This document shows positions 29,581-38,380 of a DNA stretch of 64,000 nt, piece by piece. Source of the stretch: an uncultured Candidatus Saccharibacteria bacterium (GTDB taxonomy: Bacteria; Patescibacteriota; Minisyncoccia; Phycocordibacterales; PALSA-1337). The translations under genes were made by a program, and so were the position numbers. The notes beneath the pieces were generated by a model that did no database searches, was not told the origin of the DNA, and worked only from the letters and a program-made list of their open reading frames with translations. The stretch lies in NCBI GenBank assembly GCA_964561875.1, contig CAZLQL010000003.1, forward strand, positions 5,822 through 69,821. The letters run 5' to 3'. The stretch's first letter is position 1; the number at the start of each line of letters is the position of its first letter.

Positions 29581-30586
29581 TCTTTCAGATATTTCTTTTG
29601 AAGAGTATGAATATGGTTTACCTGGAACACCCGATCTCAATAAATTAACAGAAAAGCTACCTATTCCTTGGGTAGAGTTTAGAAAAACACTTAAACCCAG
29701 ATATTTTATCGTATGGAGAGATGTTGCAATGTGCTATCTGCTCATTGCTATTGGTATATTTTTATCTATATACACAAACAATTCGTCTTTATATATAAAG
29801 TTACCACTGGTATTGGCGTTGGGTGTTTGGATAGGATTCTGGTTTCATTCTCTAAGTTTGTTTTTACACGAAGCAGTTCATTATAATATTCATAAGAATA
29901 GAAAGTTAAACGATATATTGACTGATCTTATAATATGTCCGTTTATTTTTATAAATGTAAATGGCTATAGGAAGATACATTGGCACCACCATACTCAATT
30001 GGGCACTACAAAAGATACTGAAAAATCATATTTTAATGCACCCAATATAAAATTTATTTTAGAGACTCTAACAGGAATTCACGCGATAAGAACCTTGCTT
30101 ATATACTTTATGCCGAAGTCAAAATCAAATATTTCAGAAAAAAATGAAAATGATTCATTTGATTGGAAAATGGCATTAAGATTGGTTATAACCCAGTCTA
30201 TAGTCATACTCATATTTGTATTTTTCGGATATTATTTTACAGCTGTAGCATGGGTACTTGGTATAGTTGTATTCTGGCCTTTTTTTGGAACTGTACGTCA
30301 GATTTTGAGACATAGAGGAGAATATGCCTCAGCAAAAACAGATTATTATTCTGTTGATCATGGGGCAGTAGTTAGAATGTTTGGAGATGATCTATTTTCA
30401 AAATCATTTGGAGCAGCAGGATTCAATAAACATATGTTACATCATTGGGATCCGCATATTTCTTATACAAGAATTGATGATATGGAAGAGTATTTGAGAC
30501 AAACAGAACTTGGTCCAATAATAGATCAATCAAGAAGAAATTATTTTAGACTTTTCAAAAATCTATTTTTTAGAGCTATGGAATAA
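29570..30586 (+). CDS. Fatty acid desaturase / membrane di-iron hydroxylase family protein
   Basis: Three His boxes: HEAVHYNIH, HWHHHTQLG and HMLHHW, with TM helices between them. Start taken at the internal ATG (MKNNLSD). Confidence 0.6.
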   Translation: MKNNLSDISFEEYEYGLPGTPDLNKLTEKLPIPWVEFRKTLKPRYFIVWRDVAMCYLLIAIGIFLSIYTNNSSLYIKLPLVLALGVWIGFWFHSLSLFLHEAVHYNIHKNRKLNDILTDLIICPFIFINVNGYRKIHWHHHTQLGTTKDTEKSYFNAPNIKFILETLTGIHAIRTLLIYFMPKSKSNISEKNENDSFDWKMALRLVITQSIVILIFVFFGYYFTAVAWVLGIVVFWPFFGTVRQILRHRGEYASAKTDYYSVDHGAVVRMFGDDLFSKSFGAAGFNKHMLHHWDPHISYTRIDDMEEYLRQTELGPIIDQSRRNYFRLFKNLFFRAME

Positions 30587-30595
30587 AATATCCAT

Positions 30596-31522
30596 ATGAT
30601 TAAGAAATATAATAAAAAATGCATAATTTGTAATTCTTCTTTAGATTTTTATTGTAATGCTTATGACTCGGAATATGTAACGTCAGATCAAATCTTTGAA
30701 TATGCTAAATGTGATAAATGTAAGACAGTATCAATTGTGCAAGATATTTCTGACTTAAAAAGTATTTATCCTAAGAATTATTATTCTTTTAGCAAAAATG
30801 CTGGTAAAAGTGTATTAAATAAAATAAAAGATTTTATCGAAGTATCAATGTTTAAGGGTATTGTTAAAGAGCTATACGGTGACAATTTATCTGTTTTAGA
30901 TGTTGGTGGAGGTACTGGTTGGGTATTAAATAGTCTAAAAAAAGCTACAAATAGATTTAAATATTTTAATATAGTTGATATAGATGATAATGCACAAAAC
31001 ATAGCTTTAAGTAATGGTTATTCATATTTCAAAGGAAGAATCGAAGACTATAAACCAAAAGATAAGTTTGATTTAATAATAATGTTAAATCTAATAGAAC
31101 ATGTAAATGATCCTGTATCGGTTTTAAGAAAGATAAAAGAAATAACAAATAAAAATGGACTTATCATCATAAAGACACCAAATAATGACAGTTTAGATGC
31201 AAGAATATTTAAAAAATATAATTGGGGAGGTTTACATGCACCAAGACACTTCAATATCTTCAGTAAACAATCTATAGAAATCATAGCTAAAAATATCGGT
31301 TTAGAAATAGAAAGTATAAAATATACACAAGGAGCACCACAGTGGACAACGAGTGTAATGGGTCAATTGTCGAAATATAATATTATAGACATAAATAAGG
31401 ATAGATCTATGCCTGAACACCCTATTTATCCTATATTTATGGCATTTTTCGCTTTATTTGATTTCATAAGACTTCCATTTAGTAAGACATCACAAATGTT
31501 TATTATATTTAGAAATATATGA
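30596..31522 (+). CDS. Class I SAM-dependent methyltransferase with N-terminal zinc ribbon
   Basis: CIICNSS...CDKCKTVS, then VLDVGGGTGWVL. Confidence 0.7.
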   Translation: MIKKYNKKCIICNSSLDFYCNAYDSEYVTSDQIFEYAKCDKCKTVSIVQDISDLKSIYPKNYYSFSKNAGKSVLNKIKDFIEVSMFKGIVKELYGDNLSVLDVGGGTGWVLNSLKKATNRFKYFNIVDIDDNAQNIALSNGYSYFKGRIEDYKPKDKFDLIIMLNLIEHVNDPVSVLRKIKEITNKNGLIIIKTPNNDSLDARIFKKYNWGGLHAPRHFNIFSKQSIEIIAKNIGLEIESIKYTQGAPQWTTSVMGQLSKYNIIDINKDRSMPEHPIYPIFMAFFALFDFIRLPFSKTSQMFIIFRNI

Positions 31523-33840
31523 AAAGAATAATAGATTCAAATCTTATATATTTATTTTTACCAATATTTCTAATTGGATTTATATTTTTTAATATCATAT
31601 TTAAAAATGAATTCTTTTTAAATGGAGATAGTCTGTATGGATTTTATGCATATTATAAATATTTTGTTCAGGAAGGAAGTGTAATAACTCAAAATATACT
31701 TTCTGGTTTTCCAGTTTTTGTTTCAAATACAGGTACTTGGTTTTACCCTATAAATAATTTATTTAATCTTTTATTTGGTTCGATCAGAGGCTATTTGTAT
31801 TTAAATATCTTAAACATAGTTCTGGCCTATATTTTTAGCTATCTCTTTATTTATAAAATATCAAAATCTAAACTTATATCTACACTAGGGTCAATGATTT
31901 TTGTCTTTTCTGGTCAGACTATGTTGTGGTCAGAAACTCTGGGTAATACGAATTATTATTATATTTTGCCTCTAGTCTTTTATTTGAATGAATGTACAAA
32001 CACATTTTCGGGGTATAGAAAGTATATTTTAATAATTATTACTAGCCTAGTTCTCGGTATATCTTGGCTTTCAAGTCATGTTCAGTATGTATTTTATATT
32101 CATACATTTTTCTTTATATTTATTCTCTTTAATAAATATAGTGGAAATATATACGAGAAGATTTTAAGGATTTTATCTATATCCCTAGTATCATTTATTA
32201 TTGGTTTTGAGCAAATATATTCTATTTTGAGCTTCAGAGACGTCACTCATAGAGAATATGGTGTTACTGTAGACTCTGTCTTTTCAGGATCGTATGGTTT
32301 ACATGATCTACTACACTATATTTTACCTTTTATAAACTTCCCATATTTTTCTTGGAGTAACCCAAATCTTTATATAGGTGTATTACCACTAATTTTATTG
32401 ATTTCAGCGATATTTTCTTTTGATTATTTAAAAGAGCAAAAATATTTTAAATTCTTCTATCTATCTTTTATATTTTGTACTTTGTTTTCATTTAAAAACT
32501 CACCACTAGCATTACTATTTCACAATCTCCCTTTATTTAATAGTTTTAGAGAAGCTCCAAGAATAATGTTTCTAGGTTCATTTAGTGTTGCTTTATTGTG
32601 TGTATATATACTTATTTCAATATCTGAGAATAAAAATCAGGTTTTATACTTATTAAATAAAGTAAATCTTTTATATAAAAAAGTATTTTATTTTATATTT
32701 TTACCCTTAGTTTCAATAATAACTTTCACCTTTTATTTTTTTAAGGACATAATATACGAATATTCAAGTAATTATTTTATAAATAATGTATATAACAGTA
32801 CGATGCTTCTACCAAAAGAGCATTATCTTAATGTTCTAAATAGCTATGTATATTCGATAAATGACCTTACATTTTTTGATTATCAGATACTTATATTTAC
32901 TATATTTAGTATTATTTCAGTATTATTTATATCTAAAATCGATAAGGTAAAGATAGATATTTTATTGAAGATATTTATATTGATACAAGTATTGAATATC
33001 GGTTTTGTCTATTTTAATCATTTCAAATCAATACTTATATCCGATATTGAAACAGAACCAAAAACTGTAACATTTATAAAAAATAATAATAAATCAAATT
33101 CACCATATAGAGTAGCTTCTATTCTTCCGGGTTTTGGTATATACGATAAACACTATGTTCAGTGTGATTCTAGAGATGAGAGAGATTCATTTATATTAAA
33201 AAAGGAGTTGTTACAGCCAAATATGAATATGCTTTACGATATTGATATTATCGACGGCTATGACAATTTTATGCCAAGAAATATTTCTGAAATACTTGGA
33301 AGTATTGGCTCTGAGCAGTCACTCTCAAACGATATTTTGGCAAATAAAAGAATGAGTATGGACAATAAGATAAGTGAAATTTTAAATAATTTGGATAAAT
33401 ATAAAATGATGAATACAAAGTATTTATTATCTTTGTATTCACTAAATAATAAAGATTTAAACTTGGTATATAGAGATAAAGTAAGTAAGTGTGGTATCGA
33501 TGTCTACATGTATGAACTCAATGGTTTTTGGCCAAGATATTTTGTGTTGAAAGACATAAAAGAAAATATAAATGAAAATGATGTAAAAACAATGGTAGAG
33601 ATTGTGCCTAAATATAATAAATACAATACAAGCTTAATGTTTGAAACAAATTTCCCAAGTAAAGTTTTTATAGGAAATACTTATTTACCAAGTTATAAAA
33701 TAAAATTAGATGGTAAATATATAGAACCAAAAGTATATAAAAATTTATATATGTATATTGATGTTGAAAAAGGAAGTCATAATATTGAAATACAATACCC
33801 AATACATGATTATTCAAATAGACTTCTCAATACTTATTGA
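31519..33840 (+). CDS. Large polytopic membrane protein, YfhO-like / GT-C-like putative glycosyltransferase
   Basis: ~14 TM helices in the N-terminal 480 aa plus a ~290 aa C-terminal extracytoplasmic domain. Size and layout as in the YfhO family. Confidence 0.4.
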   Translation: MKRIIDSNLIYLFLPIFLIGFIFFNIIFKNEFFLNGDSLYGFYAYYKYFVQEGSVITQNILSGFPVFVSNTGTWFYPINNLFNLLFGSIRGYLYLNILNIVLAYIFSYLFIYKISKSKLISTLGSMIFVFSGQTMLWSETLGNTNYYYILPLVFYLNECTNTFSGYRKYILIIITSLVLGISWLSSHVQYVFYIHTFFFIFILFNKYSGNIYEKILRILSISLVSFIIGFEQIYSILSFRDVTHREYGVTVDSVFSGSYGLHDLLHYILPFINFPYFSWSNPNLYIGVLPLILLISAIFSFDYLKEQKYFKFFYLSFIFCTLFSFKNSPLALLFHNLPLFNSFREAPRIMFLGSFSVALLCVYILISISENKNQVLYLLNKVNLLYKKVFYFIFLPLVSIITFTFYFFKDIIYEYSSNYFINNVYNSTMLLPKEHYLNVLNSYVYSINDLTFFDYQILIFTIFSIISVLFISKIDKVKIDILLKIFILIQVLNIGFVYFNHFKSILISDIETEPKTVTFIKNNNKSNSPYRVASILPGFGIYDKHYVQCDSRDERDSFILKKELLQPNMNMLYDIDIIDGYDNFMPRNISEILGSIGSEQSLSNDILANKRMSMDNKISEILNNLDKYKMMNTKYLLSLYSLNNKDLNLVYRDKVSKCGIDVYMYELNGFWPRYFVLKDIKENINENDVKTMVEIVPKYNKYNTSLMFETNFPSKVFIGNTYLPSYKIKLDGKYIEPKVYKNLYMYIDVEKGSHNIEIQYPIHDYSNRLLNTY

Positions 33841-33881
33841 TAATTGTATTTAAGAGCAGATTGTATTATAAATGATATAAT

Positions 33882-34511
33882 ATGACCATGAAAAATAGGC
33901 TGTATATGACTAGGGACGTGCTTATTAGTTTTTCTAATTATTTTAAGGGTAATACACTAGACTTGGGTGCTGGTACTGCAAAGTATAAAAATATAATAAA
34001 GCCTAGGACAACAAGTTATACAACATATGACATGATCCCTGGACCAAATATAGATATTGTCGGTGATATATTGAATTTGGAATTAAGAGACAATACATAC
34101 GATACGGTTATTTCTACACAAGTTTTAGAACATGTATCTAGACCTTGGATAATGGCAAAAGAGATATCTAGGATATTGAAGAGTGGAGGCTATTGTATAG
34201 TCACAGCTCCATTTATGGTACCTTTTCATTCTGATCCTCATGACTATTTCAGATATACAACCGAAGGCATGTCTCTTCTTTTTTCTGATGCGGGTTTGGA
34301 AATAATAGATTGTAAACCTTACGGTGGTGTATTTATGGTTATATCTGAATACATACATTTTAGATTTTTTAATCCTTATAATAAAGAATTAAATAAAATC
34401 CAAAAAAAGATTTTTAGTTTTATTCAAAAGACCTTAACTTTTTTTGAGAAATTAGCAAAAAATACTGGTATTGCCTATGCCAATGTTTATTTGATAGCAA
34501 AAAAGAAATAA
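33882..34511 (+). CDS. Class I SAM-dependent methyltransferase
   Basis: LDLGAGTAKY, TQVLEHV and LKSGGYCIVTAP. Confidence 0.65.
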   Translation: MTMKNRLYMTRDVLISFSNYFKGNTLDLGAGTAKYKNIIKPRTTSYTTYDMIPGPNIDIVGDILNLELRDNTYDTVISTQVLEHVSRPWIMAKEISRILKSGGYCIVTAPFMVPFHSDPHDYFRYTTEGMSLLFSDAGLEIIDCKPYGGVFMVISEYIHFRFFNPYNKELNKIQKKIFSFIQKTLTFFEKLAKNTGIAYANVYLIAKKK

Positions 34512-34512
34512 T

Positions 34513-35166
34513 ATGACCTTTATATTTCAACCAGAAAGATATTTGTTAACTAAACAAATAGAAAAGAATTCAAACTATATAAAAGGAATAGTACTGGATG
34601 TTGGAGCTGGGCACTATTCTAGATATCAGAAGTTTTTTAAATACGATAAGTATATAAAGATGGATATAAACCATGCAGAGCATGTAGATGTTGTGGGGAG
34701 TGTTGACTCTATACCACTTCAGGATGAGAGTGTTGATTCTGTTGTCTGCACTCAGGTTTTCGAACATATAAAGTATCCAGATAAAGGCGCCAGTGAAATA
34801 TTTAGAATATTAAAAAAGGGTGGATATGTTCTAGTTACTGTACCTCAGACAAATGAATTACATGAAGAACCGCATGATTATTTCAGGTATACGAAATATG
34901 GATTGAATAGAATATTTTGTGATGCTGGTTTTGTTAATGAAGTTATGGAGCAAAGAGGTGGTTTCTTTTCTACTGTAGCTCAAATGTTTATTAGATTTAC
35001 AACAGACAGTTTGAAGCTATATGAAAGAAAGATCCTGGGAAAGATAATCGGTAAGTTGCTATACATTATCGGTAGATTTTCTATATATTTAGATAAGATT
35101 ATAAATAGTGATTCAAGTAATAAACATGCAATAGGTTGGTGTTGTGTGTATAAAAAACCTTTATGA
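34513..35166 (+). CDS. Class I SAM-dependent methyltransferase (tandem paralogue of the preceding gene)
   Basis: VLDVGAGHYSRY, TQVFEHI, LKKGGYVLVTVP and the shared PHDYFRYT block. Confidence 0.65.
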   Translation: MTFIFQPERYLLTKQIEKNSNYIKGIVLDVGAGHYSRYQKFFKYDKYIKMDINHAEHVDVVGSVDSIPLQDESVDSVVCTQVFEHIKYPDKGASEIFRILKKGGYVLVTVPQTNELHEEPHDYFRYTKYGLNRIFCDAGFVNEVMEQRGGFFSTVAQMFIRFTTDSLKLYERKILGKIIGKLLYIIGRFSIYLDKIINSDSSNKHAIGWCCVYKKPL

Positions 35167-36329
35167 AGATCTTAATTGTATCAGATGATTTTCCGCCAAA
35201 AAGTTTTGGAGGTGCAGGTATAGTTGCAAGTAATCTAGCAAATAGTTTAAAAGATAGGGGACATAGCGTCTCAGTTTTTACAGCAAATGAAAACTATCAC
35301 ATATCTGAAAGGTGGAGATCATATCTGGGTCTATACAATCCAAAAGCAATAAAAGATTTTAAAAAAATCCTAATAGATTTTAAGCCTGATATCGTACATT
35401 TTCATAATATACACTCACATATTTCTTATTACACTATAGTTTTAGCAAAGAAAAGTGGTGCAAAAGTGTTTGTTACACTACACGATGCAATGTCGGTATA
35501 CTACGGTAAGGTTCCAGTAAAAAATGGTGATACAAAATACAAAGTCACACTATTTGAAATGTTTAAAGTTTTTGGTTTAAGAGTAAATATATTTAGAAAT
35601 ATCGTTATAAGATATATATTTTCATATGCAGATAAGATATTTACAGTCAGTGATTCTCTAAGAGAATTTTTATCTATAAATGGAATAAAAAATACTATAA
35701 CTATCCATAACGGTATAGATGTAGACGATTTTAAAATATATCCGGATATTGTTAGAGAATATAGAAATAATTTGGGATTAAAAGATACAGATAAAGTATT
35801 ACTATTTGGAGGTAGGTTGAGTAATATGAAAGGTGCAAAACTTACCATCGATTCATATATAAAAGTTTTAAATAAAGTACATGATGTAAAACTTATGATA
35901 GTAGGTAATGTGCCAAAACACGATAGTGATCTTATAAAATACGCAAAAGATAAAAATGTCTTTGATAAAATCATATTTACCGGCTGGATAGATCATGAAA
36001 ATATGGCAACCATATATCATTTATCAGATATAGTTTTGGTTCCTTCTATATATCTCGATCCTTTTCCAAATATAAATCTAGAGGCTATGGCTTGTGGTAA
36101 ACCTATTGTTGGAACAATATACGGTGGTACAAAAGAGGTGGTAAGGCATGGTGTAAATGGGTTATTGATTGATCCTTTTGATATAGAAATATATTCCAAA
36201 ACTGTTACAACTATGTTGAATGATAAAGAGCTACAGTCTGATATGGGTAAAAAGGGAAAGGATATAGTAGAAAAAGAGTTTAGTATAGATAAACAAATAG
36301 ATGAAATTCTATTGTGGTATAATTCATAA
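35163..36329 (+). CDS. Glycosyltransferase family 4
   Basis: PNINLEAMACGKPIVGTIYGGTKEVV. Confidence 0.8.
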   Translation: MKILIVSDDFPPKSFGGAGIVASNLANSLKDRGHSVSVFTANENYHISERWRSYLGLYNPKAIKDFKKILIDFKPDIVHFHNIHSHISYYTIVLAKKSGAKVFVTLHDAMSVYYGKVPVKNGDTKYKVTLFEMFKVFGLRVNIFRNIVIRYIFSYADKIFTVSDSLREFLSINGIKNTITIHNGIDVDDFKIYPDIVREYRNNLGLKDTDKVLLFGGRLSNMKGAKLTIDSYIKVLNKVHDVKLMIVGNVPKHDSDLIKYAKDKNVFDKIIFTGWIDHENMATIYHLSDIVLVPSIYLDPFPNINLEAMACGKPIVGTIYGGTKEVVRHGVNGLLIDPFDIEIYSKTVTTMLNDKELQSDMGKKGKDIVEKEFSIDKQIDEILLWYNS

Positions 36330-36341
36330 AAATAAAAAATA

Positions 36342-37091
36342 ATGGATAAAAAGACTATAATTGCAGATTTTTATACAAAAGAGAGTGTTCAGTATTCAAA
36401 AAAGAGGTATGAAGGAGAATTAAATACCTATACTCAATATTTGTTCAGAAAAAGAATGAATATATATTTTGATTTTTTGAGATATATAAAATCAAATGTA
36501 AATAAAAAAATATCTTTGTTTGATATCGGCTGTGCTGACGGTGTAGTTTTATTTAATACAGAATATATATTTTCAGATATGATAAGTTCATACACAGCTG
36601 TAGATATATCTAGTGGAATGATAGAAGTGGCAAACAATAATAAACCTAATGATAAATTTTCTTTTTACCTTAGAGGAAAAGAATCAAATTCAAATTATGA
36701 TTTAGTTACTGAGCTTGGCGTCCATGTACCTGATTTAAAATCAGAAATTAGTTATATAAAGCAGAAGTTAAATTCAGACAATTCTTATTTTATTTTTTCA
36801 AGTTCAAGTGGAGGTTCATTGCATACATATTTTAAGATAAGAAATAATCCAGAAACTAGTCACATAGGAGAATTAAAAAGATATAATGAAATAGAGAATA
36901 TATTAAAGTCAGAATTTAAAATAATAAAATCAATACCATACGGTTTGTTTATTCCAAAACTGTGGGCAAATGCAACGATAGGTAAGATGTTGCAACCTAT
37001 TATTGATAAAGTTTTTTCTTTTATAGTACCCGGTCTATTTCACGAGAAGATTTATCTTCTTACCCCTATAAATAAAGAAACTAAGGTTTAG
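36342..37091 (+). CDS. Putative SAM-dependent methyltransferase
   Basis: LFDIGCADGVVLFN is motif I-like. Confidence 0.45.
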   Translation: MDKKTIIADFYTKESVQYSKKRYEGELNTYTQYLFRKRMNIYFDFLRYIKSNVNKKISLFDIGCADGVVLFNTEYIFSDMISSYTAVDISSGMIEVANNNKPNDKFSFYLRGKESNSNYDLVTELGVHVPDLKSEISYIKQKLNSDNSYFIFSSSSGGSLHTYFKIRNNPETSHIGELKRYNEIENILKSEFKIIKSIPYGLFIPKLWANATIGKMLQPIIDKVFSFIVPGLFHEKIYLLTPINKETKV

Positions 37092-38306
37092 GATAAACAT
37101 AAACAACCAAGATACTCCATTTTCTATAACTGCACCTAGAACTCCAAATTTTGGTATCAGTATCATTCCAAATATTATAGTAGCGATATTACCAGTTATA
37201 TTTAATATATATAAAGTTTTTGTATCTTTGATTATTTGGAAATAAAGTGACAATAAGTAAATTCCAGGGAAGGTTATAAGCCCTAGCATGTATATTCTTG
37301 AATAAAATATAGACTCAATGTATTTGGGGAATAGTAAGGCATATATCTCTGGTGAAAGAAAATAATATGCAATAACTATGAGTACCGAAAGGAAAGTCAA
37401 TCTCGTAACCTTATCTGTTATGCTATAACGCAAATCTTTTTCATTTAGTTCTGCAAATTTCGGTAAGCCGATATTAAATATATTTTTAAAGAACGATCTT
37501 ACTTGTTCTGGTAATGCATTTGCAAATGAGTAAACAGCAAGTGGGGCAGATCCTATATAATGAAATAAGAGTATTTTATCTACTTGATTTGCAAATGTAC
37601 CGATAAAACCCATAACACTTAGATGATGACCGTATTTGATCATGCTATTGTCTGCAGTATCAATGCTAGGTTTATATACTCTTATTGTGTAGAAATAGAA
37701 TATGGCATTAAGTATAAGAGTGCTTGAAAAGTATCCTAAAATTAGAAGTATTATATTTGGATTAAAAATTGCTACTATACATACTGTAGCCACATTTACT
37801 ATCTGTGTTACAAGCCAAAATATTGTTCCCCTTTTAAAATCCTTCTTTCCAGAGAGAAAAGCACCATACATACTAACTGCATTTGTGATAGGTAGGGTAA
37901 CACTTACAATAATAAATGATATTGCAAATAAATTATTATCATTTAAGAAATAATATAGACCAGTTCCTAAAGATACTATAGATATAATACTTCCCCAGAT
38001 CAATTGATTTTTTACTGCAAGAAATATAGTTCCATAAGAACCTTTTGCAACTGCTTGTGTTAGACTCGATCCAAGTCCAGATAAAGATAGTCCACCTATT
38101 ATACCCGCTACTGATAGTATGAATTTATAATTTCCATACACTTCCTGGGGTAAGGCTCTAGCGAGAACAAGCGATAGTAGAAGTGAGGAAAATACAGAAA
38201 CTATTTGACCTATCGATAACCAGAAACTACCTTTTGCGAGGTAAACCATATCGGTTTTAAGGTATTTTTCACTAAAACGCAATACCTTATATATTGAATC
38301 TTTCAT
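37035..38306 (-). CDS. Polysaccharide flippase (Wzx/MOP superfamily)
   Basis: 423 aa with 12-14 TM helices, typical Wzx architecture. Convergent with the glycan cluster. Confidence 0.55.
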   Translation of the reverse strand: MKDSIYKVLRFSEKYLKTDMVYLAKGSFWLSIGQIVSVFSSLLLSLVLARALPQEVYGNYKFILSVAGIIGGLSLSGLGSSLTQAVAKGSYGTIFLAVKNQLIWGSIISIVSLGTGLYYFLNDNNLFAISFIIVSVTLPITNAVSMYGAFLSGKKDFKRGTIFWLVTQIVNVATVCIVAIFNPNIILLILGYFSSTLILNAIFYFYTIRVYKPSIDTADNSMIKYGHHLSVMGFIGTFANQVDKILLFHYIGSAPLAVYSFANALPEQVRSFFKNIFNIGLPKFAELNEKDLRYSITDKVTRLTFLSVLIVIAYYFLSPEIYALLFPKYIESIFYSRIYMLGLITFPGIYLLSLYFQIIKDTKTLYILNITGNIATIIFGMILIPKFGVLGAVIENGVSWLFMFILNLSFFIYRGKKINLLVK

Positions 38307-38380
38307 ATATTAAATCTATCATGTTATAGTCTTTTTTACATCTACATATTATTTTTCCTTTATGATATAGTTCAAGTCAT

